Virus record (IMG/VR): IMGVR_UViG_3300033141_002124 | Span: 1 to 59,907 of that record | DNA length: 59,907 nt | Direction: 5' to 3' (one strand) | From: a virus | Taxonomy: Duplodnaviria; Caudoviricetes | Shown here: piece by piece, positions 28,176 to 38,490 of the stretch | How the letters are laid out: every line of letters begins with the position of its first letter | How positions within the stretch are numbered: the stretch's first letter is position 1 | Notes under the pieces: model-generated | What the model saw: only the letters and a program-made list of their open reading frames with translations | Told to the model about the DNA's origin: nothing | The model's database searches: none | Translations under genes and position numbers: made by a program

Positions 28176-28484
28176 TTATATAAATACATTACCATTTTTT
28201 TTCAAAATGACAAAATTTTCTTCGATTTGCTTACAATCTGAAAGAAAGGAAACTTCTTGACTAATTGATATATCGAACCATTCACCTTCTTTTTTCATGT
28301 GTGAATATCTACGCTGTAACGCTCTCTCAACTTTGTGAGCATACTCCGATTGATAAGATTCAATGAGTTTTAATTCGGAAGAATTTCCCGTTTGTAATTG
28401 TGCAACTCTTTTCTTGGGATGTTTAGATACACCTATTTTATAATAACCGTCTTCCAACGATTGAATTAAATAAATATGTTTCAT
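28176..28484 (-). CDS. GIY-YIG (T5orf172/MUG113-like) protein
   Basis: IYLI...YKIGVS..P.KR..QLQTGN...E..L...GEWF. Confidence 0.85.
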   Translation of the reverse strand: MKHIYLIQSLEDGYYKIGVSKHPKKRVAQLQTGNSSELKLIESYQSEYAHKVERALQRRYSHMKKEGEWFDISISQEVSFLSDCKQIEENFVILKKNGNVFI

Positions 28485-29092
28485 TAAATTATTTCCAACT
28501 TCTTTAGTCCTGCAAATCCAACGGCATAACTATCTGACATATCAAAACACATTGGTTTAGGTGTTTCACCATCTTTCTTAAAAAACCAAGGAATTTGCGG
28601 TTCTAAGTTACAAACTTTTTCCCAGATATACAACTTCTTTTCTTTTCTGTACTCAAGTGGGAAGCTAAGTGTCTCTTTTCTTTCACCTTTTACATAGCTG
28701 ACCTTAACCAATTCATCACAAAATAGTTTACGACTTTCGTATACACTAATTTTCATAGGATACATACCAAAAACAGAATATAGAATGTATCTACAAATAC
28801 CATTAAAACCAAACAGAAGTGAAACAGTGTTGGCGTTATTACTACCACCAAGAGGTTCTTCCACTATGACGTGCTCAACTATTCCATTATGTACATTAAG
28901 TACATGTTCTTTATAATCGAGAACATATTTCTTAAAAATCTCGGCTTTATATATGTCCCTGTTTTCAACAGGAGTATTTTTATCGGTTTTTAATTCAAGA
29001 TGTTTGAGTTCAATGAGTTTCCCCTTATCATCCCATAACGCCATGCCGATATTTGTTGTACTAATGTCTAATGACCAAATGTATTTCAACAT
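28484..29092 (-). CDS. RuvC-like Holliday junction resolvase
   Basis: LDISTTNIG, IVEEP, DMSDSYAVG acidic motifs. Confidence 0.8.
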   Translation of the reverse strand: MLKYIWSLDISTTNIGMALWDDKGKLIELKHLELKTDKNTPVENRDIYKAEIFKKYVLDYKEHVLNVHNGIVEHVIVEEPLGGSNNANTVSLLFGFNGICRYILYSVFGMYPMKISVYESRKLFCDELVKVSYVKGERKETLSFPLEYRKEKKLYIWEKVCNLEPQIPWFFKKDGETPKPMCFDMSDSYAVGFAGLKKLEII

Positions 29093-29098
29093 AACTAA

Positions 29099-29314
29099 TT
29101 ATTTATGCAATTCTTCGTAATTTATTGTTTTAGATTCTTCAATCATGGTCTGAATCTTTTTAGGATTGGTGAGATATAATGAAATCAAATTTTCAAGCAC
29201 ACCACCAATTTTCAAACTTTTACCTTTACATAACAACTTGAACCTACCATGTAGTTCTCCATCAATAATAACTGATTTGGGTTTTGTTACTATGGGTATC
29301 TCTATATTATTCAT
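29099..29314 (-). CDS. Small ribbon-helix-helix-like DNA-binding protein
   Basis: KSVIIDGELHGRFKLLC...KIGGVLENLI pattern. Confidence 0.55.
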   Translation of the reverse strand: MNNIEIPIVTKPKSVIIDGELHGRFKLLCKGKSLKIGGVLENLISLYLTNPKKIQTMIEESKTINYEELHK

Positions 29315-29342
29315 ATCTGTAATAATTTATTTTCTTAATTTA

Positions 29343-29353
29343 TAATAAATACT
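29343..29353 (-). promoter_or_regulatory. Late-type motif AGTATTTATTA
   Basis: Upstream of 29314. Confidence 0.5.
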
Positions 29354-29385
29354 AAGAAATTATAAAAAATTATAGATTTTTATGA

Positions 29386-29931
29386 TTATTTCGAATAAAG
29401 AAGATGATTTAGTTCTTTCAGAACTTTGTTTTGTGTGCTAAGTGCTTGAATTTCATAGGGTCTCTCATGATATGGTGTAGATAATAACAATATGGTATCA
29501 CCTTGATATATCATAGCCAATGAATCTTGAATAGGGATTAAATCACCGATTTCCATTTGATTTAAATGGATTAATTCATGTGATAGAAAATTCTTCACTG
29601 AAGTGGGTAAACCACCTTTTTTTAAAAAGATATTATATGAATGATTTACGAACGGATTCTTCTGAATAAAGCCAGCGACATCAAGTTCATCAGTACCATA
29701 ATCTCTGGGTGAATAATAAATATTGAGATTAACAGTATCATAATCATATATCTTATTTAAAATGATTTTCGAATAAATGTCAGCATTCTTGTGTTCGGTA
29801 TAATTGATAACAACTAAAGTATCTGGGTATTCATAGACGTTCACATTTCTTTCTCTACGCACTAACAAAATAATGGTAATGAGAATTGCGAGAGCAACAA
29901 CTCCAATAATTATAAATTTTTTGTTTTTCAT
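29386..29931 (-). CDS. Membrane-anchored zincin metallopeptidase
   Basis: N-terminal TM; HELIH with downstream PYEIQA. Confidence 0.7.
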   Translation of the reverse strand: MKNKKFIIIGVVALAILITIILLVRRERNVNVYEYPDTLVVINYTEHKNADIYSKIILNKIYDYDTVNLNIYYSPRDYGTDELDVAGFIQKNPFVNHSYNIFLKKGGLPTSVKNFLSHELIHLNQMEIGDLIPIQDSLAMIYQGDTILLLSTPYHERPYEIQALSTQNKVLKELNHLLYSK

Positions 29932-29932
29932 T

Positions 29933-30700
29933 TTAAAAATCTAAAGCGAATACAATTGTTCTGGCAATCGTTGCATCTTTGGCTACAGGGTCATTCAGTT
30001 TAGCAATTGCAACCAAATTTTTATTACTATCATATATACCAATCTCACTAATATAAACGGTTTCAAGACCATCCCAAGTTTTATTTGAACTTGAATTGAA
30101 TTCATTTAATGGTAAATTAATACTGATATCGGTTGTATAAACATCAGCTTTGATTTCGGTTTTAACATTACCGAAGAAAAAAGTTGCATCACCAAAAACC
30201 AGTTCCTCTTCTTGACTACTTGATGGATAATTTATGTAATCGAGATTATATGGCATGAACACAGATACGTTATCATACAATAAAAACGATATTTTGAAAA
30301 CAACTGTTGTAAGTTTGGCAGCAGTTAGAAAGAAAGTATCACCACTACTATACCCTGTTACTTGAGGCGTGATATCTATTTGTTTCCATGCTGTTGAATC
30401 TGGTTTAACATCATCAAAACTATCAAATGGTGTATTACTTACAATTTGCGTCAAGGCATGAATTTTATGTGCGGTATAACCTAATCCAAGAGGATTTGCG
30501 CCACCACCAACACTTGAAGCCAGAAATTTGAAATCATCGATATTCGGGAAATTTAAACTAACTTCCTGTACATATGGATTACCTGCACCCAAATTAATTT
30601 TCTTAATATAATTACAATGAATTGTTTGACTATAATCACCAGCAGTTAATCCTGTTGTTGGTAATAATATGTATGATATAAATACTGTGTTTCCGCTCAT
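29933..30700 (-). CDS. Putative baseplate/tail structural protein
   Basis: C-terminal ISEIGIYD...LVAIAKL..P..K typical of tail-collar/fibre-attachment domains; structural operon. Confidence 0.6.
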   Translation of the reverse strand: MSGNTVFISYILLPTTGLTAGDYSQTIHCNYIKKINLGAGNPYVQEVSLNFPNIDDFKFLASSVGGGANPLGLGYTAHKIHALTQIVSNTPFDSFDDVKPDSTAWKQIDITPQVTGYSSGDTFFLTAAKLTTVVFKISFLLYDNVSVFMPYNLDYINYPSSSQEEELVFGDATFFFGNVKTEIKADVYTTDISINLPLNEFNSSSNKTWDGLETVYISEIGIYDSNKNLVAIAKLNDPVAKDATIARTIVFALDF

Positions 30701-30711
30701 TATTTTAAATT

Positions 30712-32409
30712 TTAATCGTCATTACAAATGTAACCACTAAAACAATAACTATTCGTGTGATTAACACATGATAGAGTTGCTGGTTGAGTGCAGCTTCCGG
30801 GGTCTCCATAAACACTACATATTTCATATCCACCACTACATGGTAAACAATAATCATTAATATAGTCATACGCACAAATACTAAGTGCAACTTCACCATA
30901 TATTGCACCACCAACATCAACACCTCCAATGGCACTATAACCAGCATTAACTACGTTTGTAAGACATACTGTGCTACCAACACTGAACGGTATCCATCCA
31001 CTACAAAATGTACTTGATGTTCCACCTGATTCATAACAATAACATTGAGAATCAATACAAACAATAGTTGGGTCATGATTTACTGGTGTTGTCCAAATTA
31101 CTGATGATGTGGGGGTTGTAATTATTTCACCTGTACCAGCATAATAATCTGGAAGTGTCCAAGACCTATTTGATTTATATGACATAGCAAATAACAATTC
31201 TTGGTCTTCAATCACAAATATTTTTAAATCAGGAAACACCTTCCCAACAACAAATCCCTCGGAGTCTGCAAGGTCATAATAATAAAGATTGAGTCCAGCC
31301 AATAACTGTTGACCACCAATTGGTGATAATGTTGTACCAAGTGTCATTGTTGTAGATTTATGCCACATAATCGTTGGAATATCAAGTGTTGGTGTATTAT
31401 TAAGAAATCCTTCACCATACACATTTGCTGGACTACTATTCGTGTAATGAATCACGCCTAACTTCTTAAAGACTGGTGCTTGATTTTGGATATAAGATAC
31501 AAATCCACCTAATGTTCTATCATTAAATTGTGTATATTTTAAATTCCCTGCTTGTACACCTGCAATTTCCTCGGTAAAAATGATTGACATATTCCAGTAC
31601 GGAAAAACAATTGTTGGGCACTGACTGTTTTCGAGAAAACTTAACACACTTTCATCAAGATAGTCTGTTGATGACATATTAATTATAGTGTCGCCACTAA
31701 AAGTAATCTCGTTATAAAGAATCATTGCACCAGCCTTATATGGGTACGATGTTCCATTATTAAAATCAGGTAATTCCCTATCAATATAAACACTCATTCC
31801 CAAACCACTCGCCAAAGTATTAGTACCGGGTACAATTCCAGTTATCCTATAAAACAAGTGTGGTTTTGGTTCATTCACATTAACATCAAATCCTGTTGTA
31901 TCTTGATAATATGTCCATTTAACAAAAACAATATCACCAACAGCAGGTTCTTCTCCACTTGTACCATATGTTGGTGCTTTCTCCAGTTTTAAAACCGTAC
32001 CACCATTAAGTGTTGACATATCAATCATTACATCTGGTTGTTTCACATGATTACTATCAGTAATGTATTCGGTATTATTATTAGTGAAAAAACCCAAAGA
32101 CTCAACCTGATTTTCAACTTGATATTGCGCTGGATTTATTGGTGCAATATTATATGGGTCACCACTTACGTTTCTTGGAATAAATGATATTTGATTCCCA
32201 CTTTTATCGGCTGCTCTTAATATTGTTGAATCAAAAGCACTATACTCAGTATCAACAGCCTGAACCTCGGCATTAAATTTATAATCAATCTCACTATCTC
32301 CAATAGCATAGTATTTAAAATCCAACTCACCTCTTGATAGTAAATCTCTACCTTTTGAAGTTAGTTTGATATTTAATACAATCGGATTTTTTCTCTCAAT
32401 AAATGCCAT
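30712..32409 (-). CDS. Putative baseplate/tail structural protein with Cys-rich C-terminus
   Basis: N-terminal LT.KGR.LL....YYAIGDSEIDY; late motif upstream. Confidence 0.6.
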   Translation of the reverse strand: MAFIERKNPIVLNIKLTSKGRDLLSRGELDFKYYAIGDSEIDYKFNAEVQAVDTEYSAFDSTILRAADKSGNQISFIPRNVSGDPYNIAPINPAQYQVENQVESLGFFTNNNTEYITDSNHVKQPDVMIDMSTLNGGTVLKLEKAPTYGTSGEEPAVGDIVFVKWTYYQDTTGFDVNVNEPKPHLFYRITGIVPGTNTLASGLGMSVYIDRELPDFNNGTSYPYKAGAMILYNEITFSGDTIINMSSTDYLDESVLSFLENSQCPTIVFPYWNMSIIFTEEIAGVQAGNLKYTQFNDRTLGGFVSYIQNQAPVFKKLGVIHYTNSSPANVYGEGFLNNTPTLDIPTIMWHKSTTMTLGTTLSPIGGQQLLAGLNLYYYDLADSEGFVVGKVFPDLKIFVIEDQELLFAMSYKSNRSWTLPDYYAGTGEIITTPTSSVIWTTPVNHDPTIVCIDSQCYCYESGGTSSTFCSGWIPFSVGSTVCLTNVVNAGYSAIGGVDVGGAIYGEVALSICAYDYINDYCLPCSGGYEICSVYGDPGSCTQPATLSCVNHTNSYCFSGYICNDD

Positions 32410-32424
32410 TTAAATTCGCTTTTC

Positions 32425-32433
32425 TATAAATAC
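32425..32433 (-). promoter_or_regulatory. Late-type motif GTATTTATA
   Basis: 15 nt upstream of ATG 32409. Confidence 0.65.
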
Positions 32434-32441
32434 AATTAATT

Positions 32442-35400
32442 TTAAAACTCACCTGTTCCAGAAATCTCATAAAATACATCATGAGTGTCTGGGTCACCAT
32501 ATGTGATATTTGATGTTTGACTTGTAGTATACCATGTAGGAATACTTGCCCATCTCCAACGTTCATCTTTAACATGTTGATTACCATCAACCCACGCATA
32601 AATAGCATTAAATCTAAGCACATATGTTCCTGTTGTTGGGATACTCCAATCAACTTCTGCATGTTTTGTATATGGTGAAAATACCTGTGATTCAACTAAT
32701 GTAGTTCCATTATATAATTTAAGTGCACCACCAAATCCTGTATCAAATTCATCAACACCAGTCCAATCCAGTGAAACAGTGAAACCAAATTCTGGTGGTG
32801 GTGGTGCGCTACCAGTTACAACGGTTTCAACATCACCATAACCAGTTTTAATGTTCGTGTCAAGTGGATAAAGACCGTTTTCAATAAATGCTCTGTAATA
32901 AGTTAATGTATTTGGTAATAATCCACTTGCGTTCGCAGTAAAGGGACTACCTGTATTTCCAATGTGATAGTCTTTTTTAACTGTCGAATTTGTATTTGTT
33001 ATCGTAAGACTTCCTGCTTGTGACGCATTTTGTGTGTAAACCATACCATATCTTAATATGTTCGAAGGAGTGCCAGCAACATAAGTATTATGTGGAGTAT
33101 CAAAACCAGTTCCACTAAGTAACATAAGTGGATTAGTGTCTGTTGTTACACTATATGCGACAGCAGGTTCTGTACCTATCATTGCTGTCCTTGGACTACC
33201 ATAATATGCAGTTCCACCAACAACCATATATGCACGATATTCATAAGTTGAATTGTAATCAAGTCCAGTAAGATTTGAAACATTGAAGTAATTAACCGAA
33301 AGCGGTCCTGCTGCTGGTGAAGATGGTTGATATGACCAAGGAAGTGATGGGATTTTTCTATATTGTATCGCATAATTTGATATATCTTCATATCTTACAA
33401 TATCAATACCACCAATATGTAATAATTGATTACCAACCACAGTACCTATCTTTGTCTCAATACTTGGGTCTGGTAATGGTGCTTGGGGTGTTGTGAATGA
33501 ACGTATATTACCAGTAGCACCAGTTGAAAGTGATTCGATAAACGCACGATAATCATACCAAGTATCATAAGCCAGTCCATCTAACGTCATACTGAAATTA
33601 TTGACCGTAAGTGCAGGATTAGGTGGGATTGTCTTTGATATTCTTGTCCAATTATCTTCCATTGTTTCTATTTCAAAATCAATTCCTTCTAATAAGTTTT
33701 CTAATCCAATTGGAAGTGCGTTACCATATGGATAGTAAGGATATTTTAGTTTATAATCAATACCATATTCAATAACCTCATTCCATCCTATAATGTTTTC
33801 ACCACCAGTTGTAAAACTACCCAACACACCCTGTGTTGTTTCAACATACAGTTGTGTGGGTGGAGGTGGAGGTGCGGGTGTTTCTTGAGCAATACTAAAT
33901 GTAGCACCATCAGTACCAAAATATTGCATTAACGGATTACCCCTTTTATCTATTGTTATTGACCCATTAGCATATAAATTTACACCTCTTTTATACCAAT
34001 GCTTCTGTTTCGTAAAAATACTGTTTCTAATTAATAACCCACCTCTTCTCAATATAATTGTTGCCGACAATAATTGGTCAACAAATCTCTGGAAGAAAGC
34101 ATTATATTTACTCAGGAACGGATATAGGTTCTGGAACGTATATCCATTAGATTGTAATGGGTCGTCATCTGGAAGAAGTGCTCTTTCCAAATATGTTTCA
34201 TATAATTTCAATATTGTTGGATACCAACCACCTTTAAAATCGGTAACAACTTTTCTATTTCTAACGTTTACCATTTTCCTCTGAACCAATTCGAGGAATT
34301 CCAAAAACGATAATTCACTAATATCACCAAGTCCAAACACATCATTTATAACTGGATTAAATGCTCCTGCTCCACCAACAATATAATATGCACTAATTAC
34401 AGTACCAAATCTAAGTCCTCTTGGTAAGAAAATCTCGTATGGATTCTGCACATTAACGTTATAATCAGTAATTGGTTCTAAAGCGATTCCATCAACTAAA
34501 AATTTAACATCACTTGCTTGATTTACTCTGTAATTAAGTTTATATACGTATTTGTTTGCGCTATTATTGAAATAAATCTTACTACTATTAAAACTATCGA
34601 TTCTAATTACTTCACTTCTTAAATTAATTTCATTCGTGTTCTCCACATGAAGATAAGAAATTTGCACATCGGGGTTCTGATTAAGATATGCAATAACATC
34701 TGGATTCTGAATAATAATTTGATTTGTTCCACCAGTCGAATTTGCTGGGTCAAGAATATAATCAGCAACGAATTGAGGCGTACCTTTAGTAAGTGCAATA
34801 CCGTTAATTGTTAATTGGACATCACCATGTGGAAAACTTGGTAACGGAATATATGTTCCTCCCAAAATTGCTTTAACACGTGTCACAATATAATCAACTG
34901 TCATTGTTAAACCAGTTAATGTTGTTGCACCTGAATTAGTAAATGTTACCTGAATCACGTCAGAAGGACGTGTTCCACCACTAAGTTCATATATTGTAAA
35001 ATATTTCCCATTTACTTCATAATCTGCTTGATATGTAATTCCTGATGTAGTTCCAGTAGTATTACCAGTTGAAGGAGCATTTAATAAAATTCCATTATAT
35101 CTTACTTCAAAATTACCCTGATGATTATAATCAAAAGGTAGTGAGAATGTATTACCTGTTTGTGGTAATGATGAAATGTTAACATATGAATATGGTAATG
35201 TGTATCCACTTGAGTTGGCAGCAAAATCTTTTTGAATATATTCATAAACATCATATTCAATACCACGTGCAGTATCAAGTGAAATATCGACTTCTTTGGT
35301 ATTAATCACCAATTTACTGTCTTCTTGATAATATTGTGGTGTTGTACTGTGAATTCTTGTAGTTGCTCCACTTTGTTCCCATGATTTCTTATTATCGGGT

Positions 35401-37067
35401 GTTTGTTTAAGATTGAACCCAGCCATACGAAATACATCGAGATATGCCTGACCACTATCACTATTACCACTGAGTTGAAAATAGAAATCATTGGTTTCCA
35501 ATGGTGCAACAGGATATCCTTCGGTATCATACGGTAATGAATTTGAAGGAAAATCAGCTTGTGCGAGAGATACGGTATTTGGATTAATCTTACCATCTAC
35601 GGTATATACGTATTCTGTGATGTTAATGAAAGGTTCTGGAATACCAATTAACAAGAACATTGATTTTATTGCTTGACGAGTACCTTTTGATTTCCAAAAA
35701 TAACTTGTGTTATTAATAATTCTTCTCCAGAGTTCAATATCAATTTCTGCTGGTAAGATATTCTCATTTAAATTTCTTTCCGTATCATCTACAGTTAAAA
35801 ATCCTTCAACTAATTCACTTTCATTCACCAACGAAAAATAATCCCAACCAAAGGTATTTGCCATATTCTTTATTAATTGGTCAGGTATGTTATTTAATTT
35901 ATTATATGTAACCTTATTAATGTTAACCAATGAATCAATAAACTGTCTGAGTTGGTCAAATTCTCTTCCATATAATCTCAGTAGTTTAGGTATTTTACCA
36001 TCATCAGTATAGTCATACATTTTAAGTGAATCAGGTGTTAAGAATCTTGCAATTAAATCAGTTTTTATTTTATCATATTTCTCAGCAATAGTCAATACAA
36101 TTTTCAAAAATCTTTGATATGTTGGTGTATTGACATCAATATTATATTTATCACTGGTTGTCCAGAGAATTTGCGAATCACTATAAATAATTTTACCGTC
36201 TTCAAGCTGTGTTGGGTTTTTTAAGGTGAACACAAATCCATCAGTATTATCTCTTTCTGAAACCATATTTTGTTCATAACTATTAAGGAATGCTCGGAAT
36301 TCTTCAAAAGTAACATTATTTGGTCTGATATGATAATCAATATTAGCAGTAGTTCCAGTTCCCATTAATGCAAAAGGATTGCCTTCGACCTGTAATTTCA
36401 AATGGTTATTCATTGAAATTGTTGTTCCAGTATAGTCAAGAGAACTATTTACAGTATTTCCAGTATAACCAACAATTATAAATAATGTATCTGGTTCAAG
36501 ACTCGACCAAATGACATACTTTTCATATGAATCATTTAAGTTTTTTAACTCATTATCATCAGGTATACTCGTATTACCATCATTAATAACTAAACCAAAG
36601 GTATTAATAGTTGACTCCGTTGGAACATAAAATGTCGAGACATTCGAAACAATATCATAGTTAAGTCCTTTATACGTTGGATTTCCACCTATTTCTTTTT
36701 GTGAATTAGCGAACAACGACCCCGGGTATGCCAAAATCACATTCTGAATACTTGTTCTAAGAAATTCATATGCCGACCCATATCTAACAAAAGTATTTAA
36801 ATCTGATTTATCGAGATTCAATACGGCATTTGTTGTATAGTCATGAATTATTTCAGACTGTATTTCTGAAACATTAAGTGTTTCTAATGTAACTGGACGA
36901 ACAAATGAACTCAAAGAATTGGTGTAATCAATAGTTACCTTATTATCAAAGTTCGTTGTAACGAAAAACTTTCCAAAAGAAAATATTGTATTGGATGGGG
37001 TATCATTAAAATACTCCCCATTTAAATTCCCATTAAGTTGTGTTTTTATTACTTTTACCTTTGCCAC
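32442..37067 (-). CDS. Large baseplate wedge/fibre protein with FN3-like C-terminal repeats
   Basis: 1541 aa; KSKGTRQAIKSMF (tail protein I/gp7-like); repeated L..(D/N)T.Y.YRA(F/Y) FN3 signatures. Confidence 0.7.
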   Translation of the reverse strand: MAKVKVIKTQLNGNLNGEYFNDTPSNTIFSFGKFFVTTNFDNKVTIDYTNSLSSFVRPVTLETLNVSEIQSEIIHDYTTNAVLNLDKSDLNTFVRYGSAYEFLRTSIQNVILAYPGSLFANSQKEIGGNPTYKGLNYDIVSNVSTFYVPTESTINTFGLVINDGNTSIPDDNELKNLNDSYEKYVIWSSLEPDTLFIIVGYTGNTVNSSLDYTGTTISMNNHLKLQVEGNPFALMGTGTTANIDYHIRPNNVTFEEFRAFLNSYEQNMVSERDNTDGFVFTLKNPTQLEDGKIIYSDSQILWTTSDKYNIDVNTPTYQRFLKIVLTIAEKYDKIKTDLIARFLTPDSLKMYDYTDDGKIPKLLRLYGREFDQLRQFIDSLVNINKVTYNKLNNIPDQLIKNMANTFGWDYFSLVNESELVEGFLTVDDTERNLNENILPAEIDIELWRRIINNTSYFWKSKGTRQAIKSMFLLIGIPEPFINITEYVYTVDGKINPNTVSLAQADFPSNSLPYDTEGYPVAPLETNDFYFQLSGNSDSGQAYLDVFRMAGFNLKQTPDNKKSWEQSGATTRIHSTTPQYYQEDSKLVINTKEVDISLDTARGIEYDVYEYIQKDFAANSSGYTLPYSYVNISSLPQTGNTFSLPFDYNHQGNFEVRYNGILLNAPSTGNTTGTTSGITYQADYEVNGKYFTIYELSGGTRPSDVIQVTFTNSGATTLTGLTMTVDYIVTRVKAILGGTYIPLPSFPHGDVQLTINGIALTKGTPQFVADYILDPANSTGGTNQIIIQNPDVIAYLNQNPDVQISYLHVENTNEINLRSEVIRIDSFNSSKIYFNNSANKYVYKLNYRVNQASDVKFLVDGIALEPITDYNVNVQNPYEIFLPRGLRFGTVISAYYIVGGAGAFNPVINDVFGLGDISELSFLEFLELVQRKMVNVRNRKVVTDFKGGWYPTILKLYETYLERALLPDDDPLQSNGYTFQNLYPFLSKYNAFFQRFVDQLLSATIILRRGGLLIRNSIFTKQKHWYKRGVNLYANGSITIDKRGNPLMQYFGTDGATFSIAQETPAPPPPPTQLYVETTQGVLGSFTTGGENIIGWNEVIEYGIDYKLKYPYYPYGNALPIGLENLLEGIDFEIETMEDNWTRISKTIPPNPALTVNNFSMTLDGLAYDTWYDYRAFIESLSTGATGNIRSFTTPQAPLPDPSIETKIGTVVGNQLLHIGGIDIVRYEDISNYAIQYRKIPSLPWSYQPSSPAAGPLSVNYFNVSNLTGLDYNSTYEYRAYMVVGGTAYYGSPRTAMIGTEPAVAYSVTTDTNPLMLLSGTGFDTPHNTYVAGTPSNILRYGMVYTQNASQAGSLTITNTNSTVKKDYHIGNTGSPFTANASGLLPNTLTYYRAFIENGLYPLDTNIKTGYGDVETVVTGSAPPPPEFGFTVSLDWTGVDEFDTGFGGALKLYNGTTLVESQVFSPYTKHAEVDWSIPTTGTYVLRFNAIYAWVDGNQHVKDERWRWASIPTWYTTSQTSNITYGDPDTHDVFYEISGTGEF

Positions 37068-37081
37068 AGTTTACGATTTAC

Positions 37082-37090
37082 TATAAATAC
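37082..37090 (-). promoter_or_regulatory. Late-type motif GTATTTATA
   Basis: 14 nt upstream of GTG 37067. Confidence 0.65.
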
Positions 37091-37101
37091 GATAAAAAGA
37101 A

Positions 37102-37128
37102 AAATCCCAATCCTTTAGATTGGGATTT
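37102..37128 (-). terminator. Rho-independent terminator
   Basis: AAATCCCAATC/GATTGGGATTT 11-bp stem. Confidence 0.8.
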
Positions 37129-37148
37129 CTTTATTTTAATTAAAATAA

Positions 37149-38054
37149 TTATTCGACCTCGCTCGTGATGTCATCGAAGTCTTGAGTTTCATCGATATTT
37201 GTTCGTTTTTCTTTAACTTCATACAATGGAACATTCCCAACACTTTCTTTAATTTCATAAATATTAAATTGTTTAGTTATCACTCTATTTTCATCATAAT
37301 AAGTAAGAACACCGTTATCAACATCCTTAATTTGTTCACCAGCCACATAGTTAGTCAACGTATCGATTGTATTCTGAACCATATCGACTTCAATTACGAC
37401 TGGAGAAAAGAATGTGTTTGAAATAATTATCATTTGGTCAGGGTTACCAATAAAAGGACTGGCATTTGGTTTTACATCGCTTGAACTGCTTGGAGTTAAT
37501 TGTACGAAAAGCAATGTGCCAGTATCGTCAAATCGATATCTAATTGCTTTTTGACTTGTATTACCAACGTTCTCACTAACTGGAACTACCTTATTTGATG
37601 TTACCACGTACCTTACAACATTTCTTATTTTGGTATTGGTTGTCGCATCGATGTATTCGATACGATAACCTTGCAATGCGTTATTTGCTCTTAATTCTTC
37701 AGGTATTTGATTGATGTCAAGTATAATCCCCTTAACACTTGGAAGTGATGATAAAACACTACAATCAACAATTGTCGTATTAACCTTTTTCGGCTTTAGA
37801 TAAATAGTATATATACCCAATTGCCCAAAAACTGTTGCTGGTAGTCTTAAATTATATAGACCCTCTAAAAGATTTTCATCACCAAGAATTTGTTCGTCAT
37901 CAGGTAAATAATTATATGATAGAATCTCAGATGAATTTAACTTATAAATGTTACTATTTGTTGTTTCCCTGTTAGGTGTATAGTTATAATAAACATCGAT
38001 ATCATCAACGCTTACATCTGCGGGTCTTGTCGTGCCATAAATTCCTACTGCCAT
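37149..38054 (-). CDS. Putative structural protein
   Basis: 301 aa, beta-rich composition, in baseplate operon. Confidence 0.6.
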   Translation of the reverse strand: MAVGIYGTTRPADVSVDDIDVYYNYTPNRETTNSNIYKLNSSEILSYNYLPDDEQILGDENLLEGLYNLRLPATVFGQLGIYTIYLKPKKVNTTIVDCSVLSSLPSVKGIILDINQIPEELRANNALQGYRIEYIDATTNTKIRNVVRYVVTSNKVVPVSENVGNTSQKAIRYRFDDTGTLLFVQLTPSSSSDVKPNASPFIGNPDQMIIISNTFFSPVVIEVDMVQNTIDTLTNYVAGEQIKDVDNGVLTYYDENRVITKQFNIYEIKESVGNVPLYEVKEKRTNIDETQDFDDITSEVE

Positions 38055-38055
38055 C

Positions 38056-38490
38056 TTATGTGTTATTTATAATATTAAAATATTTTCCACCAGCATATGT
38101 TGTCAAATCAACTAAATTTCTAATATACTCCAACCTATAATTTTTGTCAAATGCCGATAATTCGCCTCTGGTTATAAATACATCATCAATAATTTTCGGA
38201 TTACTTATTATTTTACTCTTATCAGGATTTTTTATATATTGTTCATCAATAAAATTTCCAGTGTTATCTGGTGAGTATTCGAAAGTCGTTATTGTTCCTT
38301 CAAGAGTAACATCATTATATTTGATACCACCAAGATAATAAACAACATCTTGAATAACTGGTGAGTTTGGATAATCAACACCGTCAGTGGTCCAATTTCC
38401 ACCACTAACATATTGGTCTGTGAAACCCGTTGCTACGGTATATTTACGCAACTCTGGTAACCTACTATTATTTGTTGTACCCGTTATCAT
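38056..38490 (-). CDS. Putative structural protein
   Basis: 144 aa in baseplate operon. Confidence 0.55.
   Translation of the reverse strand: MITGTTNNSRLPELRKYTVATGFTDQYVSGGNWTTDGVDYPNSPVIQDVVYYLGGIKYNDVTLEGTITTFEYSPDNTGNFIDEQYIKNPDKSKIISNPKIIDDVFITRGELSAFDKNYRLEYIRNLVDLTTYAGGKYFNIINNT

Noticed and set aside
28176-28484. Mobile homing endonuclease or intron
   Set aside because: Only a 102-aa catalytic-type domain, no DNA-binding extension, and flanking genes are not interrupted
30705-30947. Alternative-frame ORF suggesting a programmed frameshift joining 30712..32409 to 29933..30700
   Set aside because: It ends in a stop at 30705 before the next gene, and no clear slippery site was identified
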